A DNA stretch of 64,000 nt, taken from assembly GCA_041389525.1 (NCBI GenBank), contig JAWKRR010000013.1:68976-132975 (forward strand), written 5' to 3'. Below, in pieces: positions 8,801 through 18,088 of the stretch (the first letter of the stretch is position 1; each line of letters starts with the position of its first letter). The stretch comes from Myxococcota bacterium. GTDB taxonomy: Bacteria > Myxococcota_A > UBA9042 > PHBI01 > JACKFB01. A model generated the notes under the pieces. The model did not search any database. It saw only the letters and a program-made list of their open reading frames with translations, and was not told the DNA's origin. The position numbers and the translations under genes are program-made.

Positions 8801-11800
8801 AAGAGGAGCGCGACCCCCACGAGTGCCGCCTGACGTCGGCGGAGGACCCGCAGCGGTGCACCTTCGAGACCGGGGAGGGCGGGCGCTACATCATCCGCGC
8901 CGAGGTCCGAGACGCGAAGGGCCGGAAGAATCAGAGCCAGCTCACGGTCTGGGTCAGCGGCGGCAAGCGGCCGCCCGGCGACAAGCTCGAGCAGGACGAG
9001 GTCGAGCTGATCCCCGACCGCGAGCTGTATCAGCCCGGAGATGTCGCGAAGATCCTGGTGATCTCGCCCTTTCAGCCGGCCGAGGGCCTGCTGACGGTGC
9101 GGCGCTCCGGGCTGGTGTCGACTCAGCGCTTCACCGTGAGCGGCCCGACCGCGACCGTGAGCGTGCCGATCGTCGAGGGCTTCATGCCCAACGTGACGAT
9201 CCAGGTGGACCTCGTCGGCTCGGCGCCGCGCACGGGGCCGGACGGGAAGGTCATCGCGGGTGCGCCGCCGCGGCCCGCGTACGCCAAGGGAGAGCTGCGC
9301 CTGCCGGTGCCGGCGCTGCAGCGCACGCTCGCGGTGGAGGTCACGCCCGCGAAGGCCGAGCTCGAGCCAGGCGCGCAGACCAGCGTCGCCGTGAAGGTCC
9401 TAGACGCCGCGGGCAAGCCTGTCTCGGGTGCGGAGGTCGCGGTCATCGTCGTCGACGAGGCTGTGCTCGCCCTGACCGGCTACCGCCTGCCCGACCCCAT
9501 CGCGACCTTCTACCCCACGCGCGGCGCGGACACGCGCGACCACCACACGCGCCAGTGGGTGCTGCTCGAGGCCGACCTGGCCCAGGCCGAGCGGCCCGAG
9601 GAGAGGTCGGGCGGCGGTGCCAAGGGCGTGCAGCGCAAGATGATGATGCGAGGCGAGCCGATGCTCCTGTCCGCGCCGATGGCGGAAGGCGCCATGGCCG
9701 ACGAGATGGCGCCCCCCGAGGCGCCTGGCGGTGGCGACGCGCCCATCGCGCTGCGCACGAACTTCGACGCGCTGGCGCTCTTCGCGCCGTCGGTCACCAC
9801 CGACGCTCAGGGGCGCGCGACGGTCGATCTGAAGGTGCCGGACAGCCTGACGCGCTACCGAGTCATGGCGGTGGCCGTCCATCAGGCCAAGCACGCCGGC
9901 CAGGGCGAGTCGACCCTGACCGCGCGGCTGCCGCTCATGGTGCGGCCGTCGGCGCCGCGCTTCTTGAACTTCGGCGACCGGTTCGACCTGCCGATCGTGC
10001 TGCAGAATCAGACGGACACCGCGATGACCGTGGCGGTGGCAGCCCGCGCGAGCAACGCCACGCTGACGGCGGGGCAGGGGCGCAGCGTGGTCGTGCCGGC
10101 GCGGGACCGCGTCGAGGTGCGTTTGCCTGCTGCGGCCGAGCTTCCCGGCACGGCGCGCTTTCAGATCGCGGCGTCGTCGGGCGCGTGGTCGGACGCGGCG
10201 ACGGTGACCCTCCCGGTCTGGACGCCGGCGACCACCGAGGCGTTCGCGACCTACGGCGAGGTGGACGCAGGAGCCGTCGCCCAGCCGGTGGTGGCGCCGA
10301 AGGACGCGGTCACCAGCTTCGGTGGCCTGGAGATCACGACCTCATCGACGGAGCTTCAGGCGCTGACCGACGCGTTCCTCTACCTGACGACCTACCCCTA
10401 CGACTGCGCCGAGCAGATGGCGTCGCGGGTGATGGGCGTCGCCGCGCTGCGGGATGTGCTGACGGCCTTCAAGGCGGACGGGCTGCCCAGCCCCGAGGCC
10501 ATCGCGCAGCAGATGACGGTGGACCTCGAGCGCCTGCAGCGGCTGCAAAACTCAGACGGCGGTTGGGGATTTTGGCGTCGTGGCGAGGAGAGCTGGCCTT
10601 ACTTGAGCGTCCATGTGGCGCACGCGCTGGTTCGCGCCGGGCAGAAGGGCTACGACGTGCCGAAGCGGGCGCGGGAGCTGGCTTTCTCCTACCTCGGGCG
10701 CATCGACCGGCACTTCCCGGCCCACTACTCCGAGGAGGCCAAGCTCACGATCCGGGCGTACGCGCTCTACGTGCGCAACCTCGGCGGCGACAATGACGCG
10801 AAGGCGGCCGCGGCGCTGGTCAAGTCGGCGGGCGGGCTTGAGAAGCTCAACATGGAGGCCATCGCGTGGCTGTATCCGGTGCTCGCGGCCGACAGCGCGC
10901 AGGCCGGGCTGACCAAAGATCTCAAGCGCTTGCTTGGCAATCGCGTGACGGAGACCGCCGGCGCGGCGCATTTCCAGACGAGCTACAGCGACGGGGCGCA
11001 CCTGCTGCTTTACTCCGACCGCCGCGTCGACGCCGTGCTGCTCGAGGGGCTGATCGCCGACGACCCGAAGTCGGACCTCATCACCAAGCTGGTGCGTGGG
11101 CTGCTGGCCCACCGGGTGAAGGGGCGCTGGGGCAACACCCAGGAGAACGTCTTCGTGCTGCTGGCGCTGGACCGCTACTTCAACGTCTTCGAGGCGGTGA
11201 CGCCGGCGTTCGTGGCCAACATCTGGCTGGGCGACCGGTTCGCGGGCGAGCATAAATTCAAGGGGCGCAGCACCGAGCGGCAGCAGGTCGACATCCCGAT
11301 GGCCGAGGTCGCGAAGGTCGAGGGCCCGCAGACCCTGACCATCGCCAAAGAGGGGAAGGGGCGCCTGTATTACCGGATCGGGATGCGCTACGCGCCGAAG
11401 GACCTGAACCTCGAGGCGTCGGACCACGGGTTTGTGGTCGGCCGCACCTACGAGGCCATCGACGAGCCGGGCGACGTGCGGGTCGCCGATGACGGCGTCT
11501 GGCACGTCAAGGCCGGGGCGCGGGTGCGCGTCCGGGTCAGCATGGTGGCGCCGACGCGGCGGTACCACGTGGCGCTGGTGGACCCGATGCCGGCGGGCTT
11601 TGAGGCGCAGAATCCCGAGCTGGCGGTGAGCGGATCGCTGCCGCCTGACCCGAACGCTCAAGCGGGAGGCGGCCGCGGGGGCATGACCCGCTCGTGGTGG
11701 TGGGGGCCGTGGTACGTCCACGACAACCTGCGCGACGAGCGGGCCGAGGCCTTCGCGTTCGCCGTCGGGGCGGGCGTGTACGAGTACACCTATGTCGCTC

Positions 11801-11907
11801 GGGCGACGACGCCGGGGCACTTCGTCGTGCCGCCGCCCAAGGCGGAGGAGATGTACTCGCCGGAGACCTTCGGCCGTGGCGCCAGCGCGCGCGTCGTCGT
11901 CGAGTGA
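5842..11907 (+). CDS. Bacterial alpha-2-macroglobulin family lipoprotein of the thioester type (YfhM-like), about 2,020 aa.
   Basis: Signal peptide with lipobox (MKQQRIMGWQWAVTAGVLLCVAAC). Thioester motif CAEQ (YPYDCAEQM) at nt 10405-10416. Size and MG-domain-like repetitive beta-rich architecture fit the family. Confidence 0.85.
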   Translation: MKQQRIMGWQWAVTAGVLLCVAACHPERGARDTVSGTQPKGGVAIEEEQIMLVPEDAPAGLTLVLAEGSPEAGASPGATVAASTPLAAAEVERLLKRLPPLEQEPADAVPFALREGSKPAPRPGATVPTPFPPPPPTSEAASAEPAGPLQVLRSSPEGAVPVVGQFSVTFDQPMVAVTSHATLAAAELPVKLSPQPAGQWRWLGTRTLIFQADPRFPMATAYQAEVPAGTRSATGGVLAKAQRFAFETPAPRVLESWPQDGPQSRDAIMFVGFDQRVDPQAVLATVKVTAGGKPVAVRLLDASELARDERTAQRARDGRWLAFRAVELLPIDTAIAVTVGPNTPSLEGPKRSTDKHAFGFRTYGPFKLTTSRCGWSGDCQPGWSWQLEMSNPIESDGVDPALVKVEPELPGMEVRTWGNVVEIQGPSRGRTTYTVTIDKALRDAFGQTLVEPAVARFSVGKAEPSLAAAGELLVVMDPASKGRFSVLSVNYEQLEVRAWRVTPEHWSPFLAYVQEGSRDTKPAKPPGELVIDRTVTVGGEPDAPVETQIDLSEVLKGGHGHVVLEVRPPTSVIDKLRRRWPPVIRRWIEATSIGVDAFVDDEKMVVWANRLADGKPIAGAVVHLDPGGVEGKTGADGTVELALPGGPGQTGRGLLSVSADGEHTLLPENAWAWSNDSGWVKRDRGEQALWYVADDRQMYKPKETVRVKGWIRRLDMGPRGDLALVGGGTVAWTARDSRGADLAKGSVPLSALGGFDLRFELPDTANLGHGQLELRLSGGDSMNGSATYHSFQIQEFRRPEFEVRASAPPGPHVVGSSATLEVSASYYAGGGLPNAETTWVVTNRVGSFVPPNRSGWVFGEWHPWWRIMEGGGETAQQTFTGRTDGAGAHRLRMDFRSISPPRAYTVDAEATVMDVNRQAWTARSTLLVHPADVYVGLRSPSTFVEGGQPISVEAIAVDLDGKSVAGKAMTLVASRLVWTQKKGRWLEEERDPHECRLTSAEDPQRCTFETGEGGRYIIRAEVRDAKGRKNQSQLTVWVSGGKRPPGDKLEQDEVELIPDRELYQPGDVAKILVISPFQPAEGLLTVRRSGLVSTQRFTVSGPTATVSVPIVEGFMPNVTIQVDLVGSAPRTGPDGKVIAGAPPRPAYAKGELRLPVPALQRTLAVEVTPAKAELEPGAQTSVAVKVLDAAGKPVSGAEVAVIVVDEAVLALTGYRLPDPIATFYPTRGADTRDHHTRQWVLLEADLAQAERPEERSGGGAKGVQRKMMMRGEPMLLSAPMAEGAMADEMAPPEAPGGGDAPIALRTNFDALALFAPSVTTDAQGRATVDLKVPDSLTRYRVMAVAVHQAKHAGQGESTLTARLPLMVRPSAPRFLNFGDRFDLPIVLQNQTDTAMTVAVAARASNATLTAGQGRSVVVPARDRVEVRLPAAAELPGTARFQIAASSGAWSDAATVTLPVWTPATTEAFATYGEVDAGAVAQPVVAPKDAVTSFGGLEITTSSTELQALTDAFLYLTTYPYDCAEQMASRVMGVAALRDVLTAFKADGLPSPEAIAQQMTVDLERLQRLQNSDGGWGFWRRGEESWPYLSVHVAHALVRAGQKGYDVPKRARELAFSYLGRIDRHFPAHYSEEAKLTIRAYALYVRNLGGDNDAKAAAALVKSAGGLEKLNMEAIAWLYPVLAADSAQAGLTKDLKRLLGNRVTETAGAAHFQTSYSDGAHLLLYSDRRVDAVLLEGLIADDPKSDLITKLVRGLLAHRVKGRWGNTQENVFVLLALDRYFNVFEAVTPAFVANIWLGDRFAGEHKFKGRSTERQQVDIPMAEVAKVEGPQTLTIAKEGKGRLYYRIGMRYAPKDLNLEASDHGFVVGRTYEAIDEPGDVRVADDGVWHVKAGARVRVRVSMVAPTRRYHVALVDPMPAGFEAQNPELAVSGSLPPDPNAQAGGGRGGMTRSWWWGPWYVHDNLRDERAEAFAFAVGAGVYEYTYVARATTPGHFVVPPPKAEEMYSPETFGRGASARVVVE

Positions 11908-11920
11908 GGGAGCGTCGCGC

Positions 11921-14008
11921 GTGAGTGAGAAGGGATCGGTGGTAGGCCGCCGCGCCGTGGTGCTGGGTGCGGTGGGCGCGCTCTTGCTGGGCGGGGTTGG
12001 CTGGTGGGTGCTGGGCGGTGCCGGCGACGCGCCGGTGGCGGAGGGCCCGCGCGCGCCGGAGCGCCGAGTCGCGCCGCCGCCTGAGGCCACGCCGCCAGCC
12101 CTTGAAGGCCAGGTCGACGATCGCGAGCGCGGGCGAGGCATCGGCGGCGCGACGGTCACCGTGCGCTGCGGTGAGGGCGACCCCTCCGTGGCCGAGACCG
12201 ACGGCGAGGGGCGCTTCGCCGTGGCCGTGTTGCCGGTCGGCCACTGCGAGATCAGCGTGACCGCGCCTGGCTATTCGCAAGGTGGACCCATCACCGGCCG
12301 GCCGGTGGGCGTCGACATCGAGGCGGGCGTGACCGCGCGCGTCACGGTGCAGGCGAGCGAGACGGCCACGGTCTCCGGGCGCATCGAGGGCGGCACGGGT
12401 CCGCCTGAGGAGGTCGAACTCTCGGTCCTCTATATCGAGGCGGGCGGCGAGGCCGACAGCTTTCACGTGGAGACCGGCGCACACCCTGACGCGAGCGGCG
12501 GCTTCGAGCTGAGCGGCCTGCTCCCCGGCGAGCTGCAGATCCTGGCCGAGCCGCCCGAAGACGGCATGGGGGAGAGCGAGATCCTCGTCCTGGCCGCCGG
12601 GGGCACCCGCCGCGGCGTCATGATCCGCCTGGGTTCAACGTCGCAGCTGACCGGTCGCGTGCACTCGGCCGACGACGGGCAGCCCGTGGGCCAAGCCGTC
12701 ATCCGGGTCTACGCCCAGGGCGCGAGCGCGGCGGCGCGTGTCGAAACCGACGCCGCCGGCAGCTACCAGTTCGAGCGGCTCGCGCCCGGCGCTGCCCTCG
12801 TGACCATCAGCGCGCGCGGCTTCGTCGCGAAGACGAACCTCGCGGTGGAGCTGCTCGCCGGCGACACGACCGACCTCTCCGTGGAGCTTGAGCGAGCGCC
12901 GGGCTTCGCGGGCCAGGTGCTGGGCCCCGACGGCCAGCCCGTGGTCGGCGCGGCGATCTTCGTGCAGTCCAGCACGGAGACGCCTCAGGGGACGGGCGGT
13001 CGGCGCATCGCCACCACACGGGCGGAGGGGCGCTTCTCCGTCGAGCGCAACCTCGTCTGGCCGGTCTTCGTGCAGGCATCCCACGACGAGCTTGGCGCCA
13101 GCCCGTGGACCCGGGTCGAGTCCGCGGGCGAGGACATCACCCTGCGGCTGGGCGGCGGCAGCGGGCTGGTCGGGCGGGTCGTCGACGCGCGGGGGCAGGC
13201 CGTCGCGGGCGTGCGCATCGCGGCGATGAGCGGCGGGCGCGGGCGGAACGCGGCACGCGACGGAGGGGAGGGGGGCGCAGCCGACCCGCGCGACGGACGC
13301 TTTCACATCGCGATCGCCCGCCCCGGGACCTGGACGGTGGTCGCCGGCGCGCCCGGCTTTTCCCCAGCCGAGAGCGAGCGAATCGAGGTCCCGGCGGGCC
13401 GCATCGTCGACGTGGGCACCCTGATCTTGCAGCCGGGCGCGCGGATCGTCGGGCTGGTCCTGGACGCGGACACGCGGGAGCCCATCGCGGGCGCGCAGGT
13501 CGGTGCGCAGGGCTCCGACGCGCGCGGCCCCAGCGGGTCGGGCGGCGGCGCGGTGACCGGCGCGGACGGCCGCTTCACGATCGACCAGCTCCCCCCGCGC
13601 CGGATGAGCGTCCACGTCAGCGCCGACGGCCACCGGATGCGCCTGCTGACGGGCTTGGAGCCCCGCCCGGGCGAGGTCACCGACGTGGGCACCGTGCTGC
13701 TGTCCGGCGACGGCGGGCGGCCCGGGGGCATGGACTACGGCGGCATCGGGGCCTCGCTGCGCATCCGGGACGGCGCGATCACGCTCTCCGGCGTCTTCAA
13801 GGGCTCGGCGGCCGAGGCTGCCGGCCTCACCAGCGGCACCCGCATCATGTCCATCGACGGCCGCGACGCCGCCTCCATGGGGCTTCAGGAGGCGCTCGAG
13901 CTGCTGCGCGGCGATCCCCAGACCGACGTCAGCGTGGAGGTCATGCGCCCCGACAGCGCCACGGTCGAGACGGTGCGCCTCACGCGCCGCGAGGTCTCGG
14001 CGCACTGA
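11921..14008 (+). CDS. Secreted/membrane-anchored protein with multiple carboxypeptidase-regulatory-like (CarbopepD_reg) beta-sandwich repeats and a C-terminal PDZ domain.
   Basis: GTG start VSEKGS directly after the A2M stop. There is an N-terminal hydrophobic segment. The repeated motif G..V.V....G......TD..G.F fits CarbopepD_reg domains. The C-terminal GASLRIRDGAITLSGVFKGSAAEAAGLTSGTRIMSIDG is PDZ-like. Confidence 0.55.
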   Translation: MSEKGSVVGRRAVVLGAVGALLLGGVGWWVLGGAGDAPVAEGPRAPERRVAPPPEATPPALEGQVDDRERGRGIGGATVTVRCGEGDPSVAETDGEGRFAVAVLPVGHCEISVTAPGYSQGGPITGRPVGVDIEAGVTARVTVQASETATVSGRIEGGTGPPEEVELSVLYIEAGGEADSFHVETGAHPDASGGFELSGLLPGELQILAEPPEDGMGESEILVLAAGGTRRGVMIRLGSTSQLTGRVHSADDGQPVGQAVIRVYAQGASAAARVETDAAGSYQFERLAPGAALVTISARGFVAKTNLAVELLAGDTTDLSVELERAPGFAGQVLGPDGQPVVGAAIFVQSSTETPQGTGGRRIATTRAEGRFSVERNLVWPVFVQASHDELGASPWTRVESAGEDITLRLGGGSGLVGRVVDARGQAVAGVRIAAMSGGRGRNAARDGGEGGAADPRDGRFHIAIARPGTWTVVAGAPGFSPAESERIEVPAGRIVDVGTLILQPGARIVGLVLDADTREPIAGAQVGAQGSDARGPSGSGGGAVTGADGRFTIDQLPPRRMSVHVSADGHRMRLLTGLEPRPGEVTDVGTVLLSGDGGRPGGMDYGGIGASLRIRDGAITLSGVFKGSAAEAAGLTSGTRIMSIDGRDAASMGLQEALELLRGDPQTDVSVEVMRPDSATVETVRLTRREVSAH

Positions 14009-14050
14009 GCGCGCGGTTGTAGACGGCCGTGCTGGTACCGCGCTATTTCG

Positions 14051-15199
14051 GTGTGGCCCACCCTGGAGCCGTTGATGTTCGATGAGGAAGACGGGACGGA
14101 GAGCAGCCCGCCCGACCCCAGCGTCGATGGCGCCGACGACGCGACCAAGCCCAGCGTGGCGGTCCCGCCCGGCCGCCAACCCGCGATCACCGGCATCTTC
14201 GTGTTGCTGCTGCTCTTCGCGCTGCACTTCGCCCGCGCCGTCGTGCTCCCGGTCGTCCTGGCGGTGTTGCTCAGCTTTCTGCTGCTCCCGCTGGTCCGCG
14301 CCCTGCGTCGCCTCCGCTTCCCCGCGTGGCTGGCGGCCTTCGCCGTCCTGATCACCTCGCTCACCACGGTCGGATTCGCCAGCTACGGCCTCGCAGGACC
14401 GGCCGCCGACTGGCTGGAGAAGGCCCCGCGCGAGCTGCACCGCCTCGAGCGAAAGCTCCGCGACCTGCGCGAGCCGGTCAACGACGTAGGGAAAGCCGCC
14501 AAGGAGGTCGAGCGGCTCGCCCGCGGCAACGCAGCCCCGCCTCGGAAGGTCCAGATCGAGGGCACCGGCCTCGCGTCCAACCTCCTCTCGGGGACGCAGG
14601 CCCTGGTCGTCGGCGTGCTGGCGGTCGTCATCCTGCTCTTCTTTCTCCTCGCAGCCGGCGACACCTTCCGTGACAAGGCGCGCCGCCTCCTCCCCGACCC
14701 AGCGGCCCGCGAACGCGCCCTCGCCATCGCCGCCCAGACCGAGCGCCACGTCTCGACCTACCTATTCAGCGTGACCCTCATCAACGCTGGCCTCGGCTTC
14801 GTCGTCGGCGTCGCGATGGCGCTGCTGGGCATGCCGAACCCGGCGCTCTGGGGCGTGCTCGCGGCGGTCCTGAACTACGTCCCCTACCTGGGCGCGATGA
14901 CCACGTTCTCCGTGCTCTTCATGGTGTCGTTTCTGACCTTCGACACCACCGGCCGTGCCCTCGTGGCGCCGCTGGTCTTCCTGGCCCTCACCACCATCGA
15001 GGGCCAGTTCGTCACGCCGATCCTCGTCGGGCGCCGCCTGATGCTCAACCCGGTCGTCATCTTCGTCGGTCTGCTCTTCTGGGGCTGGATGTGGGGCATC
15101 CCAGGCGCGCTGCTCGCCGTGCCGCTGATGGCGACCTTCAAGATCGTGTGCGACCACATGCCGCGTCTGCGCTGGATGGGCGAGCTCTTGGGCCGCTGA
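14051..15199 (+). CDS. AI-2E family transporter (PerM/YdiK-like, UPF0118).
   Basis: Eight-TM topology and conserved GWMWGIPGALLAVPL and NYVPYLGAM segments. The start may be the ATG at 14076. Confidence 0.75.
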   Translation: MWPTLEPLMFDEEDGTESSPPDPSVDGADDATKPSVAVPPGRQPAITGIFVLLLLFALHFARAVVLPVVLAVLLSFLLLPLVRALRRLRFPAWLAAFAVLITSLTTVGFASYGLAGPAADWLEKAPRELHRLERKLRDLREPVNDVGKAAKEVERLARGNAAPPRKVQIEGTGLASNLLSGTQALVVGVLAVVILLFFLLAAGDTFRDKARRLLPDPAARERALAIAAQTERHVSTYLFSVTLINAGLGFVVGVAMALLGMPNPALWGVLAAVLNYVPYLGAMTTFSVLFMVSFLTFDTTGRALVAPLVFLALTTIEGQFVTPILVGRRLMLNPVVIFVGLLFWGWMWGIPGALLAVPLMATFKIVCDHMPRLRWMGELLGR

Positions 15200-15207
15200 A
15201 TCGCGGT

Positions 15208-16605
15208 TCAGCGCCCGCTGGTAAAGCGCAAGCCCGGCACCAGCACCCAGGGCGCCACCTGGCATCCCCACGGGTCGAACCAGCCCGTGTGAGCCTCCAG
15301 ATCGCGAGATATCGCCTGCCTATCCGGGATGCGGCCGAAGGCCTCGAGGATCGAGTCGGTGAAGCGCATGGTCTCGACCGCCCGGCTGATGCGCCCGCCC
15401 TCGACCAAGAACGCCGCGTCGCGCAGCAGCCCCGTCATCACCGCCCGCTTCGGCTCGATCATCCCGTTGACGTAGTGAAGCCGCGTGACCAGCAGCCCGC
15501 GGTCGAGCCGCCCGATCAGCTCCTGCGGGCTGGCGTCGCCGGGCTCCAGGTGCAGGTGCGTCGGCTTCGACCCGCTGGTGGGGAACTCGTCCGCCAGCGC
15601 TGCGTGCCCCGTCGACCGACACCCCGCGCGCCGCGCCGACGCGCTGTCGTGGACGATGCCCCGGGCCACGCCCCGCTCGACCAGGCTGGTCCGCCGCTTC
15701 GGCTGCCCCTCGGCGTCGAAGGGCAGGGGCACGCCCACCGCGTGCGGCATCGACCCGTCGTCGACGATGCTCACCGCCTCGCCGGTCACCCGCTCGCCCA
15801 CGCGCCCCTCGACGAAGCTCATCCCGTCGTCCACCGAGCGCGACGTGAACGCGATATCGCCAAGCCACATCAGGATCTCCGCGACCGCCGCCGGCGCGAG
15901 CACCACATCCCACGCGCCCAGCCCCACGCTCACCGGGTCGTGGGCCAGGTGGCACTCGGCCCGCGTCGCCTCGACCAGCGCCGCCACCGTCGCCTCGTCG
16001 ACCCGCGCGTCGGTCCGCGCCCGATACGCGCTGGCCTTGTGCCCTGCCGGCCGCTCCAGCGAGCTCAAGCTGACCTCGGAGAAGCTGCCCCGGTGGTACC
16101 CGTTCACCCCCGTCGTCGACCGCACGGCCAGCGTCAACGCGCCCGTGTGAAAGCGCCCCGCCAGCGCGAGCCCGTCCTTGGCGTGCGCCGCCAGCCCCGC
16201 GGCCAGCCACCGCCCCTTCGTCTCAGCGTCCAGCCTCGCCGTCGCCGCGTCCATCGCCCGCGGCAGCGCCACCGGCGCGTCCCCAGGCTCGGCCAAGCGC
16301 GCCTCCTCCCCACCGGCCGCCACCTCCCGCGCCCGCGCCACCGCCATCCGCGCGCAGGACTCGAGCCCCTCGTCGCTCAGGTCCGTCGTGACCACCCGCG
16401 CCTCGCGCCCGCCCACGACCGCCCGCACGGTCACCTTGCCCTCGACCACGTCGGCGGCCTGGATGATCGCCGCCTCCGCCAGCCGCATGAAGCTGGCCTC
16501 CTGCCCCCGAAACAGCGCCTCCACCCCGTCCGCGTCGTCCCGCACGGCCGCCAGCGCACGGTCCAGCCGCTCGGACACGTAGGTCTCACCGAACTTCTCG
16601 CTCAT
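15208..16605 (-). CDS. pmbA: PmbA/TldE metalloprotease (TldD/PmbA family).
   Basis: Family-typical length and motifs (GxC...HYVNG-like region, C-terminal domain). Adjacent to tldD. Confidence 0.75.
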   Translation of the reverse strand: MSEKFGETYVSERLDRALAAVRDDADGVEALFRGQEASFMRLAEAAIIQAADVVEGKVTVRAVVGGREARVVTTDLSDEGLESCARMAVARAREVAAGGEEARLAEPGDAPVALPRAMDAATARLDAETKGRWLAAGLAAHAKDGLALAGRFHTGALTLAVRSTTGVNGYHRGSFSEVSLSSLERPAGHKASAYRARTDARVDEATVAALVEATRAECHLAHDPVSVGLGAWDVVLAPAAVAEILMWLGDIAFTSRSVDDGMSFVEGRVGERVTGEAVSIVDDGSMPHAVGVPLPFDAEGQPKRRTSLVERGVARGIVHDSASARRAGCRSTGHAALADEFPTSGSKPTHLHLEPGDASPQELIGRLDRGLLVTRLHYVNGMIEPKRAVMTGLLRDAAFLVEGGRISRAVETMRFTDSILEAFGRIPDRQAISRDLEAHTGWFDPWGCQVAPWVLVPGLRFTSGR

Positions 16606-18062
16606 GACGACCCCACCTGAACCCCGTCAAATCGCGCCGGCGCGCAGCCGTGCCCCACGTACATGATCTGCCCCGGGTCGCCCTTCCCGCAGAAGGTCCA
16701 GCCCCACATTCTCCACGCCTCAGGCCCCGCGATCCCCGAGCACGCACGCCAAAATCGCGGCGTCACGTCGGCGTAGAGCGGGTTCTTGAAGATGCGCCCT
16801 GTCAGCTTCCCGCCGCGGATCTCGTGGGCGATCTCGCAGCTAAACTGGAAGTTCAGCCGCAGGTCGTCGATGGACCAGCTCTTGTTCGTCGACAGCAGCA
16901 TCCCCTGGTCGACCCCGCCGATGAGGTCGTCGAGGCTGCCGCTCCCCGGCTCCAGGTTGACGTTGATCATCCGCACGATGGGCAGCTTCGACCACGACTC
17001 GGCCCGCAGCGCCGACGCCGAGGCCCGCCCGATGCGCGCCGCGCTGTCCCGCCCCGAGAGGTAGCCGCGAAACCGCCCCCGCTCGACGATCGGCGTGCGG
17101 GTGGCCGGCGTGCCCTCATCGTCGTAGCCGAAGGTCCCCGGCCCCAGCGGCGTCGTCGCGTCCGCGGTCAGGCTGACCAGCTCCGAGCCGTAGGTCAGCC
17201 GGTCCAGGTTGTCGGGCAGCAGAAAGCTCGCCCCCGCCAGGCTAATCTCTTCGCCCAGCACCCGGTCCAGCTCGATGGGATGGCCGACCGACTCGTGGAT
17301 CTGGAGCGAGAGCTGCGAGCCGTCCAAGATGATGGTCGTCGGCCCGGTCGGAGCCGGATCCGCCGCCGTCAGCGCCACAGCTTCCCGCGCCAGCTCTCGG
17401 GCCATCTCGGGCAAGCCCATGGCCCGAAACTGCTCGAAGCCGCCTTGCAGCACGTTGCCCTCGAAGCTCTTGGGGCCCGAGCGCTGCTGCACGTCGCCGT
17501 TCGCGGTCGCGATGGCCGTGACGCCGCCGCCGCACAGGGTCACGCGCTGATGCTGCCGCGATCCGTTGGTCGCGACGAAGGTGGTCTCCTGCCGATGCCC
17601 CGTGTAGGTCCCGCGCGCCGCCTTGACGCCCGGCTCAGCCAGCATCCGCGCGTGCGCCTCGGCGAAGAGCGCGCTCTTGTCGGCGAGGCTCACCGCGAAG
17701 GGGTCCTCGCGCAGCGGCGTCGCGTACTCACCGCTGGCCGCCGCCGGCAGCTCCACGCCCCGAGTCGCCGAGCCCGCGGTCGCCCGCGCCATCGCCACCG
17801 CCCGCCGCCCGGTCTCCGCGAGCGACGCCGCATCCAGCAGGTTCGTCGCCGCGTAGCCCCAGCCGTCCCCCACCAGCGCCCGGATGCCGACGCCGACGTC
17901 CTCCTGCAAGGTCGACAGCTCGAGCCGCCCGTCCTTGTATTCGAGGGACTCCCGCGTCCGCCGCACCACGCGCGCCTCGGCGAAGCGCGCCCCCGCGGTC
18001 GACGCCGCCTCCAAAGCCAGCGCGGCCAACGCCTCCCGGGCGCTTCGGTCCAACTCCCGCAT
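16602..18062 (-). CDS. tldD: TldD metalloprotease.
   Basis: Conserved HESVGHPIELD metal-binding motif. The start is MRELDR at the ATG at 18062. It overlaps the pmbA start by 4 nt. Confidence 0.8.
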   Translation of the reverse strand: MRELDRSAREALAALALEAASTAGARFAEARVVRRTRESLEYKDGRLELSTLQEDVGVGIRALVGDGWGYAATNLLDAASLAETGRRAVAMARATAGSATRGVELPAAASGEYATPLREDPFAVSLADKSALFAEAHARMLAEPGVKAARGTYTGHRQETTFVATNGSRQHQRVTLCGGGVTAIATANGDVQQRSGPKSFEGNVLQGGFEQFRAMGLPEMARELAREAVALTAADPAPTGPTTIILDGSQLSLQIHESVGHPIELDRVLGEEISLAGASFLLPDNLDRLTYGSELVSLTADATTPLGPGTFGYDDEGTPATRTPIVERGRFRGYLSGRDSAARIGRASASALRAESWSKLPIVRMINVNLEPGSGSLDDLIGGVDQGMLLSTNKSWSIDDLRLNFQFSCEIAHEIRGGKLTGRIFKNPLYADVTPRFWRACSGIAGPEAWRMWGWTFCGKGDPGQIMYVGHGCAPARFDGVQVGSS

Positions 18063-18088
18063 CGCCTGCCCTCCCACCTGCACTTCAG

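Noticed and set aside
5803-12159. A 1,005-aa minus ORF (5803..8820), a 791-aa plus ORF (8421..10796) and a 535-aa minus ORF (10552..12159) inside the alpha-2-macroglobulin gene.
   Set aside because: They are entirely embedded in or antisense to the A2M CDS, and their translations are low-complexity Arg/Gly/Ala/Pro. They are artefacts of 70% GC.
12635-14749. A 704-aa minus-strand ORF spanning the end of the PDZ-protein gene and the AI-2E transporter.
   Set aside because: Low-complexity translation with no domain signatures. It overlaps two well-supported plus-strand genes.
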